A stretch of 64,000 nt of DNA from the NCBI GenBank assembly GCA_965235115.1, contig OZ249436.1, positions 23,252,001 to 23,316,000 of the forward strand. The letters are read 5' to 3'. The notes beneath the pieces were generated by a model, which did no database searches, had not been told where the DNA came from, and saw only the letters and a list, made by a program, of their open reading frames with translations. Each line of letters begins with the position of its first letter. Positions within the stretch are counted from its first letter, which is position 1. Source of the DNA: Laetmonice hystrix (Eukaryota). A program made the position numbers and the translations under genes. This document shows, piece after piece, positions 62,246 to 64,000 of this stretch.

Positions 62246-63374
62246 TATATACAATGAAATGTTGGACACTGATTTGTGCTGGTTTTTCTTCTTCAATCTA
62301 TATATATTAGGTTGGAGCATCCCGTTGCTAAGGAAATTTCAATATTCATGTATGTTGCTAGGCAACGGGCTGGTATTACGAAATGACTGATGTGACCACA
62401 GGAACCCCTAATATCACTTTAGTGAAGATAAGTGTTTCCTTTTCTCCATGGAGCCATATAAAAAGCTGGTTGCTAAGCATGCTACTGTTGCTAGGCAACA
62501 GGAACCCAAAACAGCCCCAATTTTTTTTTTGATGCCAATTGGTCTGGGTTTTTTAAGCACATGTTAATGTATACATACACATGCCAAATTTCATGACTTT
62601 ATCACAAAATGAACGATTCTTTGGTCTGAGTTGACTTACCCTCCACACTAGATCCATGCAAAACCTGGACGATATAGGCATAATGATGATATGGGCACTA
62701 TGCAGCTATGTAATGAAACAACTGGTAACAGAGGTAAATATGCACAGATCTGGAAAATATTTGGTACACTAAAGCAGAATCGTCTCCTCTTTCCAATGGC
62801 ATACACCGAAATAGTCTCTGTCATTTTTTTCTATCTCATTTTGAAACTTTCCTATGTCATATGTTTAAAATACCCCATTTTTAGCCATTCTTTGAGTTCC
62901 GGTGACCTTGACCTTGGGGTCAAAGGTCAAAAGCAAGAACATTCTGAAGGAGCATTTCTCTAACCAGCATCCTACAAGGTTTGGTTAAAATATGAATCTT
63001 TGTTCCAGAATTATTTAATAAAAAGTAAATTTAGTAAATTTTGGCCCAAAACCAAGTTCTAAACCGTTTCCATGGCAACGGCAACACATCTGGACCTTTT
63101 TAACCTCGATGCATAAACCCCCATGAGTTTCTCTTTGATCTAGTACCATTGGAAATTTTCTACCATTCCGTGTCGAAAAAATGCCATTTTTGGGGTCTGG
63201 GGCTCCGACTAGTAGCGTAACGTTAACTTAAACTTTAAAGCGTGGGCTAAGCAGAGTCTAGACACAGAGTAGGCTAAACACATAGGCCTACAGAATGCGC
63301 ACAGAGAATTTGGCGTGCCCAGGCGATCGTAGTGCCACACGACGGTGCGTGTGCCTGACAGTGCCAGTCAGGAC

Positions 63375-63490
63375 GGGGTGTGACTAATTACCGAAATCTA
63401 CCGGAATATAGATCTCTACCGAAATCTACCGAAATCTACCGGAATCTACCGAAATCCAGACACCCCATGACTAATTACCGAAATCGACCC
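63375..63490. repeat. Short GAAATCTACC repeat cluster bounded by GGGGTGT / ACACCCC (MuDR-like remnant)
   Basis: Directly visible 10-bp unit. Confidence 0.5.
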
Positions 63491-64000
63491 CCAGACTTTT
63501 TTTTTTTTTTTGATAATTTTTATTTTGGGAATTGGGGTTCAGTCAATGACTGGTCTTCCACCCCCTCCCACTAAATCACACTACAGATAATACATAGAGA
63601 ATACGGCTACCTTCGCTGGAATCCAAGATCATTGTTGAAAATGAAATAATGATGGAATGAGATGGTAAAATTTCAAACTCCATATAATTATTCTGCGGAT
63701 ACAAACTGTATATTTGTATTTGTACATCGAAGCTATATACCACTCACGTAACACGGTGTTAACCATTCTCTGTATATGTATTGTTTAATAGATCATCCAA
63801 CAGCCGTTTAAATTTGCATTTCCTATTGACTAATGTCATTGAAGGAGTTAATCTATTCCACGATTCAGCAGCTCTGTAGTATATACTTCTATAATATCTT
63901 GTATTCTTAATCTTAGGTAGACGGAGACGTTTACCTTCACGTGATCTTGTTGGTATTTGCCTAAGATCAAGGTTATCTGGTTTAGAAGCAAGATCATATG

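Larger units (their letters stand above)
56209..63211. mobile_element. Academ-like non-autonomous DNA transposon with >1-kb TIRs and nested insertions
   Basis: GTA|TAGTCGGAGCCCCAG...CTGGGGCTCCGACTA|GTA (TAG..CTA termini, 3-bp TSD). 56209-57170 is near-identical in reverse complement to 62246-63211, and the TIR continues at 59585-59890 vs 61087-61355. Confidence 0.8.

Overview
Eukaryotic (animal) genomic DNA, probably from a non-arthropod marine invertebrate given the TTAGGG-type telomeric repeats, Meta-domain SINE and invertebrate DNA-transposon families; the species cannot be determined from sequence alone. The only intact protein-coding gene is a minus-strand photoreceptor-specific nuclear receptor (NR2E3/PNR/HR51 orthologue). 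I reconstructed it by hand as 9 coding exons, complement(join(14222..14354,16141..16246,17618..17861,18082..18287,18897..19097,31424..31527,31709..32051,33447..33578,41069..41114)). That gives 1515 nt / 504 aa with all GT-AG introns in phase; exon 1 is the least certain. There is one tRNA-Thr(CGT) gene. The rest is densely nested, mostly non-autonomous mobile DNA resembling Harbinger, EnSpm, Tc1/mariner-pogo, hAT, Kolobok, MuDR, Academ, Helentron-type HINE and SINE families, plus mini- and microsatellites. No CRISPR array is present. The most notable observations are: (1) a strong excess of TAGGCCTA and TACATGTA octamers, with two internal cases where GGCCTA is inserted at a TA relative to sister repeats, suggesting transposon excision scars; (2) an intact tRNA gene enclosed between Harbinger ends; (3) a 7-kb Academ-like composite with multi-level nested cargo; (4) a CtBP-type PMDLS motif in the NR2E3 N-terminus. 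TE family names come from termini, TSDs and motif recognition only, not from database searches.
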